From a bacterium (GTDB lineage: Bacteria; Zhuqueibacterota; Zhuqueibacteria; Residuimicrobiales; Krinioviventaceae), in the NCBI GenBank assembly GCA_963675755.2, contig CAXXMD010000002.1:1696001-1760000 (forward strand): a DNA stretch of 64,000 nucleotides. Reading direction: 5' to 3'. A model generated the notes under the pieces. The model did no database searches. It was given only the letters and a program-made list of their open reading frames with translations, and was not told the origin of the DNA. The translations under genes were made by a program, and so were the position numbers. Below are positions 48,292 through 58,232 of this stretch, one piece after another. The stretch's first letter is position 1. Every line of letters starts with the position of its first letter.

Positions 48292-49857
48292 CTATTTTGC
48301 GTATTCTATAGCACGGTATTCACGAATAACCGTAACTTTGATTTGTCCAGGATATTCCATTTCCTGTTGGATCTTTTCTGCAATATCTGCGGACAATTGT
48401 TCGCACATATCATCACCAATTTTTTCGTGTTCAACGATAACACGAATTTCACGTCCGGCTTGAATTGCATAAGACTTTTCAACACCAGGGAAAGAATTGG
48501 CAACAGATTCGAGCTTGTCGAGACGTTTGATATAAGACTCGAGAGTTTCACGACGTGCACCAGGACGAGAACCGCTGATTGCATCTGCAGCTTGCACCAG
48601 TACCGAAATAGGATGGGTCGGCTCAACATCTTCATGATGAGACGCAATGGCATTCAGTACAATGGGGCCTTCGCCGCATTTTTTTGCAATCTCTACACCG
48701 ATCTGGGTATGAGTACCCTCGGTGTAACGGTCAATGGCTTTACCAATATCATGCATCAGACCTGCACGTTTGGCAAGTTCACCATCAAATCCCAGGCTTG
48801 ACGCCAAAAGACCTGTAACATAGGCAACTTCAATAGAGTGCTGCAATACATTTTGACCATAGCTGGTACGATATTTCAATTTACCCAGCAAACGGACAAT
48901 CTCGTTATGAACGCCGGTGATACCGGTTTCAAAAACAGCAGATTCACCGATCTCCATGAGTTTTTCTTCCATTTCATCGTGGACTTTTTTCACCACTTCT
49001 TCAATACGAGCCGGGTGAATACGTCCATCCTGAACCAGACGTTCAAGTGCTACGCGAGCAACTTCACGACGGAACGGATCAAAACCAGACAATACAACCG
49101 CCTCCGGGGTATCATCCACAATGACTTCAACACCTGTTGCGGTTTCAAATGACCGAATATTACGACCTTCACGACCAATGATACGACCCTTCATATCATC
49201 ACCGGGCAAACTCACAACAGAAACTGTAGTTTCGGTAGAATGATCTGCGGCAGTACGTTGAATTGCCTGAATAATAATTTCTTTGGCCTCGCGGTTAGCC
49301 ATTTGGCGGGCGTTGTCTTTGATTTCTTTGATCTCTTTGGCTGCAGCTTGCTTGGCCTTGTCGACCAGGTTCTGCATAAGGATCTTTTTAGCTTCTTCGT
49401 TTGAAATGCCACTGATCGATTCCAGCTTTTTGTTCTGTTCTTCAATCAGCTGTTCAAGATCGCCTTCGAGTTTTTGACATTTCTCTTCACGAACTTTGAT
49501 TCGTTTATCTTGCTCATTCACAGACCGTTCTTTTTGGTTCAAAAGGTCATTACGACGATCAAGATTCAGTTCACGTTGATTACATTTGTTTTCAAGCTTG
49601 GAAATTTCGCTGCGTTTGGTTTTGGTTTCGTTTTCAAGTGTTTGTTTTAAACGGTGCCATTCTTCCTTTGCTTCGAGTACTTTTTCACGCTTGATATTGC
49701 TTGCTTCTTTTTGAGCATCATTAACTATTTTTTCTGCCATCTTTTCGGCTTTGGCAACTTTGGATTTACCAATATATTTGGAAACAATCCAGCCACCGAT
49801 AAAGGCAATGATAGCAGTCAATGCTGCCACCAATATTGTAACTATCCAATTCTCCAT
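48292..49857 (-). CDS. rny: ribonuclease Y
   Basis: N-terminal TM, coiled coil, KH domain (KGRIIGREGRNIR), HD domain (HS.E, HDIGK), DAISGSRPGAR. Confidence 0.98.
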   Translation of the reverse strand: MENWIVTILVAALTAIIAFIGGWIVSKYIGKSKVAKAEKMAEKIVNDAQKEASNIKREKVLEAKEEWHRLKQTLENETKTKRSEISKLENKCNQRELNLDRRNDLLNQKERSVNEQDKRIKVREEKCQKLEGDLEQLIEEQNKKLESISGISNEEAKKILMQNLVDKAKQAAAKEIKEIKDNARQMANREAKEIIIQAIQRTAADHSTETTVSVVSLPGDDMKGRIIGREGRNIRSFETATGVEVIVDDTPEAVVLSGFDPFRREVARVALERLVQDGRIHPARIEEVVKKVHDEMEEKLMEIGESAVFETGITGVHNEIVRLLGKLKYRTSYGQNVLQHSIEVAYVTGLLASSLGFDGELAKRAGLMHDIGKAIDRYTEGTHTQIGVEIAKKCGEGPIVLNAIASHHEDVEPTHPISVLVQAADAISGSRPGARRETLESYIKRLDKLESVANSFPGVEKSYAIQAGREIRVIVEHEKIGDDMCEQLSADIAEKIQQEMEYPGQIKVTVIREYRAIEYAK

Positions 49858-49870
49858 GGCCCCTCCGAAA

Positions 49871-49990
49871 TAAAAAAGCCCAGTATTTGCATATTAATCT
49901 GACTCATTCGTTAATTTTCCAGGTGTAAAACAGGCAGGAATGTAAATAAATACAGGAAACAGGTGTCAGACTCTCGCAATCTGGGTCTCA
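49871..49990 (-). ncRNA. putative 6S-like structured RNA between zapA and rny
   Basis: Nested pairings CCCAG/CTGGG, TTGC/GCAA, TCTGAC/GTCAGA and TTTCC/GGAAA ending in a U-run on the minus strand; canonical ssrS synteny, but shorter than typical 6S. Confidence 0.45.
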
Positions 49991-50015
49991 CAAACAGTAT
50001 TGGATGGTTACGTTT

Positions 50016-50366
50016 TTACTCCAATATATTTTTATCAGACTCAAACTTTGTTAATTGATCATCATCCTCCAGGGATTTTTGGATACCAAGTTCCAATTTG
50101 TTGGTTATTTGATCAATACGATCTGTATAATTTTTCATTTGTTCGCCATCAGAATTCAATGCCTGATGTAACTCATCAGCTATATTTAAACAAGCCAAAA
50201 TAGCTATCTGGTGCATGGGTCGTTCGGGCTTGGCTGATTGAATTTCTCTCATTTTTCTGTCAACAAAGCTTGCTACCTTTTGAATGTATTCAACATCTTC
50301 ATTAACCTTTAATGGATATTCTATATCCATTATTTTCACTTTGAGTATATTTTGATCTACATTCAT
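50016..50366 (-). CDS. zapA: cell division protein ZapA
   Basis: VKIMDIEYPL...YIQKVASFVDRKMREI...AILACLNIADEL. Confidence 0.9.
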   Translation of the reverse strand: MNVDQNILKVKIMDIEYPLKVNEDVEYIQKVASFVDRKMREIQSAKPERPMHQIAILACLNIADELHQALNSDGEQMKNYTDRIDQITNKLELGIQKSLEDDDQLTKFESDKNILE

Positions 50367-50434
50367 AAGATTTACATTGACATAAACATCAGACTATATG
50401 GTCTGAATTCATTATTTTAATAGGATACAATGAA

Positions 50435-50728
50435 TTAATCTACGAGTTTCAACTCTTCCAATTTCGCCAACATGCTTTTTATTCGTTGACGTAACTGCTC
50501 TTCCTTTTCCTGATACTTTAATACTTCCGAGCCTTTTGAATTTTTTTTTAGCTCCTCAATAGTTTTTTGTAATCCTTCCATAAACAACTCTTGTTCTGCC
50601 AGACGGGTCCTGAGTTGTTTATTCTCCTTTCCCAATATCCGATTTTTCTTTGTCAAATAGGCAATCTGCTTTATTGCCTCAAAAACTTTGGCTTCCAGGT
50701 TGTTAATTTTTTGATCAAATGCTGTCAT
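50435..50728 (-). CDS. coiled-coil protein, ZapB-like
   Basis: All-helical heptad sequence (LEAKV...IKSMLAKLE) between pheT and zapA. Confidence 0.7.
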   Translation of the reverse strand: MTAFDQKINNLEAKVFEAIKQIAYLTKKNRILGKENKQLRTRLAEQELFMEGLQKTIEELKKNSKGSEVLKYQEKEEQLRQRIKSMLAKLEELKLVD

Positions 50729-50732
50729 TTAA

Positions 50733-53132
50733 TTATCCTGGACGAAGTTCAGCACCAAACAATGTTTTTAAATGCTTTAGCACTCCTTGTACGGCGCGAT
50801 CTACTTCTTCATCATCCAATGTACGTTCTTTTGATGAAAAGGTCAATGAAAAAGCAACACTTTTTTTACCTTGCTGTATTTGCTCACCTTTATAAAAATC
50901 AAACAAATGTACATTGTTTATATAGGGTCCTGCCGACTTCCAAATTTCATCCAAGACATTCTGAATGGGTATATTTACGTCAATCAACAAAGCGATATCA
51001 AATGGAGATGACGGAAATTTGGATACAGGCACAAACTCTTTAAGGGTAGTTCTGTTTTCATATATTGTTTGAAAATCGAGACAGAATGCAAAAGCATCCT
51101 GAACTTTGATTTTAAACAATGAACATATCTTTTTATCGATTTTACCAAACTCGCCTATTTCTTTGCCATCAACAAGCACTAGCGCACTGTGTGCATCCCA
51201 ATAGGAGGATTTGGCTGGTTTCAGTTCGTAATTTTCAATACCACATTTGTTTAATAATGCGGTTACTACTCCCTTTATATCATAAAAATCGAATGCTTCC
51301 TCTTTACCATACCAGGTGTTTTCTGTTTTCTTGCCTGCAAGAACACCACAAACCTCAACCCATTCCCGATATTCATCTTTACCGGGGACTTTGTAAGCTG
51401 CATTTCCGATCTCATAAAATCTGAGATTGGGAATCTGACGGTTTCTGTTATAGGCAACGTTTGTTAACAGCGAAATCAAAACAGAAGAGCGGAAAACTGC
51501 CATATCCGTACTCATGGGATTCATAAGAGCAACGGTTTCTGTTTCTGCTGGTAAAAAAGGATTTGCGTGACGTTCAGAAACCAAAGAAAAGGATACATTT
51601 TCCATGAATCCAAATCCGGTTAAATATTCACGCATTTTATCTCTAAATGCCACCTGCGGATTGGCTTCCTGATTCTGGTCAATCTGCGGTGCCATATTGA
51701 AATCAATATTATTGTAACCGTACAAGCGGGCAACTTCTTCCGAAATATCAACAGGTTTCAATAAATCCGGTCGAAAAGTTGGCGCTTTAACTGTAAAAGT
51801 TTCATCATCCTGTGAAAGTACCTGCATTTCCAAAGGCAACAACAGATTGCACATTTCACTGGTGGTTAAATTTGTACCGAGTAAATTATTGACCCGTTCA
51901 GTTTTTACTGAAATTTCAACAGGATCAATTTCTCTTGCAACATTATTAATAAAAGATTCAACAACCTGACCTTCAGCCAGTTCTTCCATGAGCTGAGCCG
52001 CACGATCCATAGCATAAACCTGGCCATTAGGATCAGAACCACGCTCAAAACGACGTGAAGATTCTGTCATTAAACCCAATTTAGTCGATGTCTTACGTAC
52101 CGTTACCGGTTCAAAGTAAGCGCTTTCCAGAAAGACGGTGGTTGTATCGTTTTCAACTTCAGAATTTAATCCGCCCATAACACCAGCTAGCGCAACAGGC
52201 TTTTCACCGTCACAAATCAACAGATCGTTACTGTCAAGTTTGTGTTCCTGGTTGTCCAACGTTGTAAAAGGTTCACCCGCTTTGGCATCCCTAACAATGA
52301 TTGCGTTTCCAGAAATTGTTTTGTAATCAAACGCATGAAGAGGTTGGCCGGTTTCCATCATAACATAGTTGGTAATATCAACAACATTATTAATAGCACG
52401 CACACCAACCGCATGCAGACGAGACACAAGCCAGTCTGGAGACGGTTTGATAACAATATTTTTAATCATTCTGCCGGCATAACGCGCGCATTTATCCGCA
52501 TTTTGGATATCAACGCGTATTTCACCATTAATATCATCATTGACAGTATTGTTGAATTTAATTTCGGGTTTACGTAAAGGCATGCCGGTAATTGCAGAAA
52601 TTTCTCTTGCAATTCCAATGACACTGAGACAATCAGGACGATTGGATGTAATAGCGATATCGATAACGGTATCAGGTTCACCCATAAGGGCTTGCATATC
52701 CGCACCTACCTGTGTATCTTTAGGAAGTTCCATCAGGCCGTCAGCACGTTCAGATAGCCCCAGTTCCATTTCAGAACAAAGCATACCGTTAGAAAGAATA
52801 CCACGTACTTTACGCGCGGTGATCTTGAAATCTTTTCCCAGAACAGCACCCACCTGTGCAAAGGGAGCAATCATTCCTTCACGAACATTGGGAGCACCAC
52901 AAACGACCTCTAACTGTTCACTACCGTTATCCACAATGCAGAGGTTCAGCTTGTCGGCATCCGGATGTTTCTCAACAGAAAGAACTTTACCCGCTACAAC
53001 ATTTGAAAATTCGCGGGACTCTTTATAAATAGATTCAACCTCAAGACCGGCCATTGTGATCTTTTCAGCCAGTTCTTCAGGAGAAAGTTGAATATCGACG
53101 TAATCTTTTAACCAGTTGAGTGTAACTTTCAA
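50733..53132 (-). CDS. pheT: phenylalanine--tRNA ligase beta subunit
   Basis: MKVTLNWLKDYV, HPDADKL, VCGAPN, NRPDCLS, GQPLHAFD, RFERG, FDX-ACB C-terminus. Confidence 0.98.
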   Translation of the reverse strand: MKVTLNWLKDYVDIQLSPEELAEKITMAGLEVESIYKESREFSNVVAGKVLSVEKHPDADKLNLCIVDNGSEQLEVVCGAPNVREGMIAPFAQVGAVLGKDFKITARKVRGILSNGMLCSEMELGLSERADGLMELPKDTQVGADMQALMGEPDTVIDIAITSNRPDCLSVIGIAREISAITGMPLRKPEIKFNNTVNDDINGEIRVDIQNADKCARYAGRMIKNIVIKPSPDWLVSRLHAVGVRAINNVVDITNYVMMETGQPLHAFDYKTISGNAIIVRDAKAGEPFTTLDNQEHKLDSNDLLICDGEKPVALAGVMGGLNSEVENDTTTVFLESAYFEPVTVRKTSTKLGLMTESSRRFERGSDPNGQVYAMDRAAQLMEELAEGQVVESFINNVAREIDPVEISVKTERVNNLLGTNLTTSEMCNLLLPLEMQVLSQDDETFTVKAPTFRPDLLKPVDISEEVARLYGYNNIDFNMAPQIDQNQEANPQVAFRDKMREYLTGFGFMENVSFSLVSERHANPFLPAETETVALMNPMSTDMAVFRSSVLISLLTNVAYNRNRQIPNLRFYEIGNAAYKVPGKDEYREWVEVCGVLAGKKTENTWYGKEEAFDFYDIKGVVTALLNKCGIENYELKPAKSSYWDAHSALVLVDGKEIGEFGKIDKKICSLFKIKVQDAFAFCLDFQTIYENRTTLKEFVPVSKFPSSPFDIALLIDVNIPIQNVLDEIWKSAGPYINNVHLFDFYKGEQIQQGKKSVAFSLTFSSKERTLDDEEVDRAVQGVLKHLKTLFGAELRPG

Positions 53133-53153
53133 TGTATTGTTCCAGGAATTATA

Positions 53154-54182
53154 TTAATACTGTTCTAAAAATCTTTTATCGTTTTCAAAAAACAAGCGGA
53201 TATCATTAACCTGGTATTTCAGCATGGCAATACGTTCAATTCCCATACCAAATGCATACCCGGTATAAACTTCAGGATCATAATCCACAAAACCAAAAAC
53301 AGCGGGATTCACCATACCCGCTCCAGAAATTTCAATCCATCCGGTATTTTTACAGACTCGGCATCCCTTTTGTTTACAAAAAGGACAAGAGAAATCATAC
53401 TCGGCACTGGGTTCTGTAAATGGGAAATAACTTGCCCTGAAACGCACTTTGGCGTCTTTACCGAATAATTTCTGCGCAAATGCCTGAACCACACCCCGTA
53501 AATCAGCAAAAGATACACCTTTATCCACACATAAGCCCTCAACCTGATGAAAGATTGGGGTATGCGTAGCGTCTGGGGTATCTTTACGAAAACATTTACC
53601 GGGAGCAATCATGCGTACCGGTGGTTTTTGTTGCTCCATCGTATGTATCTGTACAGGTGAAGTATGAGTACGCAACAAATGTTTTTCAGTGAGATAGAAT
53701 GTATCGTGCATGTCCCTTGAGGGGTGGTGAGGCGGAATATTTAAAGCCTCGAAATTATGAAAATCGGATTCAATTTCCAAACCCTCTTCAATCCGAAAAC
53801 CCATTTGTGCAAATATACCTTTAATCTCATCCATAATTTGATACAATGGATGATAATGGCCCACTACTGGTTCTTTACCCGGCAAAGAGGGATCAAAACC
53901 ATCAACAGTACCCTGTGACTCTTGAAAAGAGGCCATTTTGTCATCAATACCCTTTTGCACAAGTATCTTGAGGGTATTCAGTTCAGCACCGGCTTTGGGA
54001 CGATCAGCAGAATCAATTTTCCCCAAAATGGGGAACAATTGCTGTACCGATCCCTTGCGGCTGGTATATTTCAACTTGACCTGTTCAGTATCTTTGATGG
54101 AGGAGGCCTTTTCAATATCGGCCACGAATTCTTTACGAATTCGTTCTATCTGTTCAAGTAAACTTGATAATTGTTCCGCCAT
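53154..54182 (-). CDS. pheS: phenylalanine--tRNA ligase alpha subunit
   Basis: NFEALN, HPSRDMHDTF, LRTHTSPVQ, FHQVEG, YFPFTEPS, GYAFGMGIER. Confidence 0.98.
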   Translation of the reverse strand: MAEQLSSLLEQIERIRKEFVADIEKASSIKDTEQVKLKYTSRKGSVQQLFPILGKIDSADRPKAGAELNTLKILVQKGIDDKMASFQESQGTVDGFDPSLPGKEPVVGHYHPLYQIMDEIKGIFAQMGFRIEEGLEIESDFHNFEALNIPPHHPSRDMHDTFYLTEKHLLRTHTSPVQIHTMEQQKPPVRMIAPGKCFRKDTPDATHTPIFHQVEGLCVDKGVSFADLRGVVQAFAQKLFGKDAKVRFRASYFPFTEPSAEYDFSCPFCKQKGCRVCKNTGWIEISGAGMVNPAVFGFVDYDPEVYTGYAFGMGIERIAMLKYQVNDIRLFFENDKRFLEQY

Positions 54183-54194
54183 CCGTATCCGAAT

Positions 54195-54542
54195 CTATGC
54201 TTTAATTGATGTTACAATTTCTTCAAATGCTTTGCTATCATTCACTGCAAGATCAGCCAATACTTTACGATCAATCTGAATGTCTTTTTCATTCAACAGA
54301 TGAATAAAAGTAGAGTAATTCAAGTCATAAGGTCTAACAGCTGCATTGATTCTTGCAATCCATAAACGACGAAACTCACGTTTCTTCGCTTTTCTATCAC
54401 GATATGCATATTGCAGCCCTTTTTCAACCTGCTCTTTTGCAGATTTGAAAAGACGATGTTTACCGCCATAATAACCTCTGGCTGCTTTTAATACTTTATT
54501 CCGACGGTGCTTTGTAGGGACCGACGAAGATGATCTAGGCAT
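54195..54542 (-). CDS. rplT: 50S ribosomal protein L20
   Basis: [39 protein letters not shown]. Confidence 0.98.
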   Translation of the reverse strand: MPRSSSSVPTKHRRNKVLKAARGYYGGKHRLFKSAKEQVEKGLQYAYRDRKAKKREFRRLWIARINAAVRPYDLNYSTFIHLLNEKDIQIDRKVLADLAVNDSKAFEEIVTSIKA

Positions 54543-54564
54543 AACTCCTCCGTATTACTGGGTC

Positions 54565-54759
54565 TTATTTAGAGATCAATAATTTTACTCTTTTAGCATC
54601 GCTCTCGGCGACGAGTCCGTTTTTCCGCAAGTTCCGTTTACGTTTGGTAGACTTTTTGGTCAAAATATGGCTTTTATACGCTTTAGAACGACGTACTTTG
54701 CCGGTACCTGTAAGTCTGAAACGTTTACTGGATGCTCTGTTACTTTTCATTTTTGGCAT
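54565..54759 (-). CDS. rpmI: 50S ribosomal protein L35
   Basis: MPKMKS...[10 protein letters not shown]...HILTKKS.KRKRNLR. Confidence 0.98.
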   Translation of the reverse strand: MPKMKSNRASSKRFRLTGTGKVRRSKAYKSHILTKKSTKRKRNLRKNGLVAESDAKRVKLLISK

Positions 54760-54770
54760 GAAAGCACCTC

Positions 54771-55280
54771 TTATTTCTTTGTAAAAAACATGATCAATTG
54801 CCCGCCTTCCAGACGCGCATCTTTTTCAATTTTTGCAATATCTCCAAGCGCCTCTGTAAAACGATCCAATACGCGTTCTCCATATTCACGGTGGGCATTC
54901 TCACGTCCGCGAAACAAAACGGTGGCCTTTACACGGTGCCCGGCTTCAAGAAATTTACGGGCATGGCGCAATTTAAATTCAAAGTCGTGTTCTTCAATTT
55001 TCGGTCTCAGTCGAATTTCTTTTGTAATGACTACATGCTGTTTCTTTTTGGTTTCCTTTTCTTTTTTGGCCATTTCATATTTATATTTGCCAAAATCCAT
55101 AATTTTGCAAACCGGGGGTTTTGCATTTGGAGAAACCTCTACCAAATCAAGGCCAGCTGCTTCCGCTCTTTGCAATGCTTCTTGCTTTGTAATAACACCA
55201 AGCTGTTCACCATCAGAACTAATCACGCGAACAGAGGGCGCTTCAATCTGATCATTAATGCTGATTTGTTTTTTCTTAAT
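54771..55280 (-). CDS. infC: translation initiation factor IF-3 (ATT start)
   Basis: INDQI...[42 protein letters not shown]; AAGGAGG SD 6 nt before ATT at 55280. Confidence 0.97.
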   Translation of the reverse strand: MKKKQISINDQIEAPSVRVISSDGEQLGVITKQEALQRAEAAGLDLVEVSPNAKPPVCKIMDFGKYKYEMAKKEKETKKKQHVVITKEIRLRPKIEEHDFEFKLRHARKFLEAGHRVKATVLFRGRENAHREYGERVLDRFTEALGDIAKIEKDARLEGGQLIMFFTKK

Positions 55281-55306
55281 GACCAACCTCCTTAAAAGGA
55301 TTCGAC

Positions 55307-57214
55307 TTATAATTTATTTTCAATATCCTGTAAAACAGTTTCAATAAACGCTTCCAATTTGACAGAACCTTGATCACCTTCTCTGCGTTTTCTAACAGAA
55401 ACAGATCCTGACTCTATCTCTTTATCGCCCACTATAAGCATATAAGGGATCTTTTGTGTTTCACCTTCCCTTATCTTATAACCTACTTTTTCGCTGCGAT
55501 CATCCAATTTTGAACGAATTCCTGCATCAACAAGCTTGTCATGGACTGATTTTGCGTAATCCAATTGCTTGTCAGTAATAGGAATAACATGAACCTGCAT
55601 GGGTGACATCCAAACCGGAAAAGCACCTGCATAGTTTTCAATCATCACACCAAAAAAGCGCTCAAGAGAACCCAAAAGTGCACGATGCAACATAATAGGC
55701 TGATGTTTATCACCATCCTGCCCTACATATGTAATATCAAAACGTTCAGGCTCATTAAAATCTACCTGAATAGTTGAACACTGCCAGGAGCGACCCAACA
55801 CATCTTTAATTTTAATATCTATCTTTGGTCCGTAAAATACACCTTCACCCGGATCAACCTGGTATTCCACATTTGCTTTATCAAGACCTGCCTTCAAAGA
55901 CTCGGTAGCGCGGTCCCAGTTATCCAGGGTACCTACATATTTTTCAGGACGGGTAGACAGGTAAATATCTACATCATCAAAACCAAAGGAGCGCAGCATA
56001 TACAAAGAAAAATCAAGTGTACGCGCTACTTCGGATTCCAATTGATCAGGACGGCAAATGATATGCGCGTCATCCTGAGTAAATCCACGAACCCTTAACA
56101 GTCCATGCAATACTCCGGAGCGTTCATAACGATAAACCGTTCCCAATTCAGCCCAACGAATGGGCAAGTCTCTATAACTTTTAGAACCGGCTTTGTAAAT
56201 CTGCAAATGGTAAGGACAGTTCATGGGTTTTACCAGATACTGCTGCTCATCCACTTCCATACCGGTAAACATATTTTCACTGTAGAAATCAAGGTGACCG
56301 CTTTTATGCCAGAGATCGTTTCTGGCGATATGCGGAGTCACTACAAACTCGTAACCGGCCTTGATATGTTCTTTGCGCCAAAAGTCTTCAATCTGATAAC
56401 GAATAAAAGCACCTTTGGGATGCCAGAGCACAAGTCCGGGCCCAATTTCATCATTTATACTATAAAGATCAAGCTCGCGACCCAATTTACGGTGGTCACG
56501 TTTCTTGGCCTCTTCCATTCTGTAAACGTAATCCTCAAGCTGCGTTTTTTTTGGGAACGAAACACCATAAATACGCTGCAACATGGGATTCTTTTCATCA
56601 CCCAACCAGTAAGCACCAGCAACACTGGTCAGTTTAAAATACTTGACCCAACCGGTAGACGGCAAATGCGGCCCACGGCAAAGATCCGTAAAACCATCTT
56701 CACTATAAATACTGGGTGGCTCACCAAGTCGTTCTATCTGCTCAACCTTGAAGGTTTCACCCAGATCTTTGAACAACTTTAATGCATCATCAACCGACAT
56801 TTCATTACGAATAAAGGGCTGATTTTTAGTAACAATAGCCTGCATTTCTTTTTCAATACCTTCAAGATCATCAGGCGTAATTGGACGCTCAACGTCCACA
56901 TCATAGTAAAAGCCTTCGTCCACAGGCGGGCCAAAGGCAAATTTAGCATTAGGAAAAATATTTTTAATAGCGTGTGCCATCACATGAGCACTACTGTGCC
57001 AAAACACATCCATACCTTCGGGTGAATTGACATCAATAAACAGCAAATCACCGTCCCCGGTCAATGGACGTGACAAATCAACTAACGCGTCATTAAACCG
57101 TGCGGCAATAGTTTGTTTTTTTAGACGACCGCCAAGCTCATTCAAAATATCCTGAGCAGTAGTACCCTCAGCATACTCTGCAATGCGTCCGTCTGGAAAT
57201 TTTATATTTGGCAC
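55307..57214 (-). CDS. thrS: threonine--tRNA ligase
   Basis: TGS domain, HSSAH, DLCRGPH, RDHRKLG, KPMNCP, RVRGFTQDDAH, FYGPKID, HRA. Confidence 0.98.
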   Translation of the reverse strand: MPNIKFPDGRIAEYAEGTTAQDILNELGGRLKKQTIAARFNDALVDLSRPLTGDGDLLFIDVNSPEGMDVFWHSSAHVMAHAIKNIFPNAKFAFGPPVDEGFYYDVDVERPITPDDLEGIEKEMQAIVTKNQPFIRNEMSVDDALKLFKDLGETFKVEQIERLGEPPSIYSEDGFTDLCRGPHLPSTGWVKYFKLTSVAGAYWLGDEKNPMLQRIYGVSFPKKTQLEDYVYRMEEAKKRDHRKLGRELDLYSINDEIGPGLVLWHPKGAFIRYQIEDFWRKEHIKAGYEFVVTPHIARNDLWHKSGHLDFYSENMFTGMEVDEQQYLVKPMNCPYHLQIYKAGSKSYRDLPIRWAELGTVYRYERSGVLHGLLRVRGFTQDDAHIICRPDQLESEVARTLDFSLYMLRSFGFDDVDIYLSTRPEKYVGTLDNWDRATESLKAGLDKANVEYQVDPGEGVFYGPKIDIKIKDVLGRSWQCSTIQVDFNEPERFDITYVGQDGDKHQPIMLHRALLGSLERFFGVMIENYAGAFPVWMSPMQVHVIPITDKQLDYAKSVHDKLVDAGIRSKLDDRSEKVGYKIREGETQKIPYMLIVGDKEIESGSVSVRKRREGDQGSVKLEAFIETVLQDIENKL

Positions 57215-57250
57215 GTTTTACCTTCCGTTATCGGATTACACCTGTCTATA

Positions 57251-57280
57251 AACAAGAAACCGCCTTATATCGGGCGGCTT
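57251..57280 (-). terminator. terminator/attenuator hairpin between the tRNA cluster and thrS
   Basis: Minus strand GCCGCC-loop-GGCGGT followed by TTCTTGTTT. Confidence 0.55.
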
Positions 57281-57322
57281 AATCATCGTCAATGTTTTTC
57301 AGTTCGTCCTGCTCTATTTGAG

Positions 57323-57396
57323 TGGGCGGTACTGGATTTGAACCAGTGACCCCTTGCATGTCAAGCAAGTACTCTAACCAACTGAGCTAACCGCCC
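57323..57396 (-). tRNA. tRNA-Val(GAC)
   Basis: GGGCGGTTAGCTCAGTTGG; anticodon arm CTTGC-TTGACAT-GCAAG; GGTTCAAATCC; CCA not encoded. Confidence 0.97.
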
Positions 57397-57482
57397 ATAA
57401 TCCGTTTGAATTGGCAAATTTAGCATGGGCTATAAAAAAAGCGCACCTACCAGCTACGCTTGCACTTTTTCAAAATTTTAAG

Positions 57483-57569
57483 TGCCGAGGGCCGGAATCG
57501 AACCGGCACGGACTATAAAGTCCGAGGGATTTTAAGTCCCTTGCGTCTACCAAATTTCGCCACCCCGGC
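57483..57569 (-). tRNA. tRNA-Leu(TAA)
   Basis: GCCGGGGTGGCGAAA; AGGGA-CTTAAAA-TCCCT; long variable arm; GGTTCGATTCC. Confidence 0.97.
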
Positions 57570-57574
57570 GGGTG

Positions 57575-57647
57575 AGGCGGCGATCGGATTCGAACCGATG
57601 AATAGAGATTTTGCAGACCTCCGCCTTAGCCACTTGGCCACGCCGCC
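57575..57647 (-). tRNA. tRNA-Cys(GCA)
   Basis: GGCGGCGTGGCCAAGTGG; GAGGT-CTGCAAA-ATCTC; GGTTCGAATCC; U discriminator. Confidence 0.97.
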
Positions 57648-57660
57648 ACGCACTAACAAG

Positions 57661-57732
57661 AGCGGGAGACGAGATTTGAACTCGCGACCCCAACCTTGGC
57701 AAGGTTGTGTTCTACCACTGAACTACTCCCGC
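57661..57732 (-). tRNA. tRNA-Gly(GCC)
   Basis: GCGGGAGTAGTTCAGTGG; CAACC-TTGCCAA-GGTTG; GTTCAAATC; classic Gly-Cys-Leu cluster order. Confidence 0.97.
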
Positions 57733-57745
57733 TTCAAAGTTTCAC

Positions 57746-57774
57746 AATATACCTAATCTTTTAATTCTATGCAA
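57746..57774 (-). promoter_or_regulatory. sigma70 promoter of the tRNA-thrS superoperon
   Basis: Minus strand TTGCAT-N17-TATATT, 13 nt upstream of tRNA-Gly. Confidence 0.7.
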
Positions 57775-57926
57775 GAATTATTTTCAGTTTTTTCATTAAC
57801 TGTTAAATTTTTTTTCATTTTCTCCGCAAGTAGACCTGAAAACCGCTATTATCTGGTATAAAGTTTTTGAATAATACCTTGAATAATAATTCAAGTTTAT
57901 TTACATTAAAAAAAAAGAAAGCTTTT

Positions 57927-58121
57927 ATGAATAAAGTACAATTGGTCATAACCTGTGAAGACTGCGACGCAGTTGCACATTTCTCTGCAGTTAAAGAGTC
58001 AGAGATTGAAAAGTATATTTTAGAATTTAAAAAAAAACACCAAAACTGCAACCCCAAATATACCAGCTATTTCACTATTTCTTCCATTGATTTCACTCTT
58101 GAAGCTGAACAAACCAGTTGA
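57927..58121 (+). CDS. small hypothetical protein with CxxC...HxxC putative zinc ligands
   Basis: 64 aa from ATG 57927 (ITCEDC...KHQNC); divergent from the tRNA promoter; weak SD. Confidence 0.45.
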   Translation: MNKVQLVITCEDCDAVAHFSAVKESEIEKYILEFKKKHQNCNPKYTSYFTISSIDFTLEAEQTS

Positions 58122-58232
58122 ATGCGTTGAGCTTTTTTTATATATTTCCCCATATACACTTAAATTTTCAAGCATCACCAATTACTATCAAAATGATATC
58201 ATCTTTAATCTTTCGTATTACCAGGAGTAGTC

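Noticed and set aside
50389-50406. TCAGAC-N6-GTCTGA palindrome upstream of zapA
   Set aside because: Only 6 bp and a single copy; it could be chance, so no function is claimed.
56105-56782. 225-aa plus-strand ORF, and similar ones at 54667-55251, 54798-55295, 52540-53028, 46933-47415 and 48343-48801
   Set aside because: Antisense shadows of highly conserved genes (thrS, infC, pheT, folD, rny) with no recognisable motifs.
57215-57322. T-box or E. coli-type tRNA-mimic operator upstream of thrS
   Set aside because: Leader is only about 108 nt, with no T-box GGTGG-ACC motif and no anticodon-like hairpins; only a terminator-like stem.
57460-57756. 98-aa ORF
   Set aside because: It is the antisense reading of tRNA-Leu, tRNA-Cys and tRNA-Gly.
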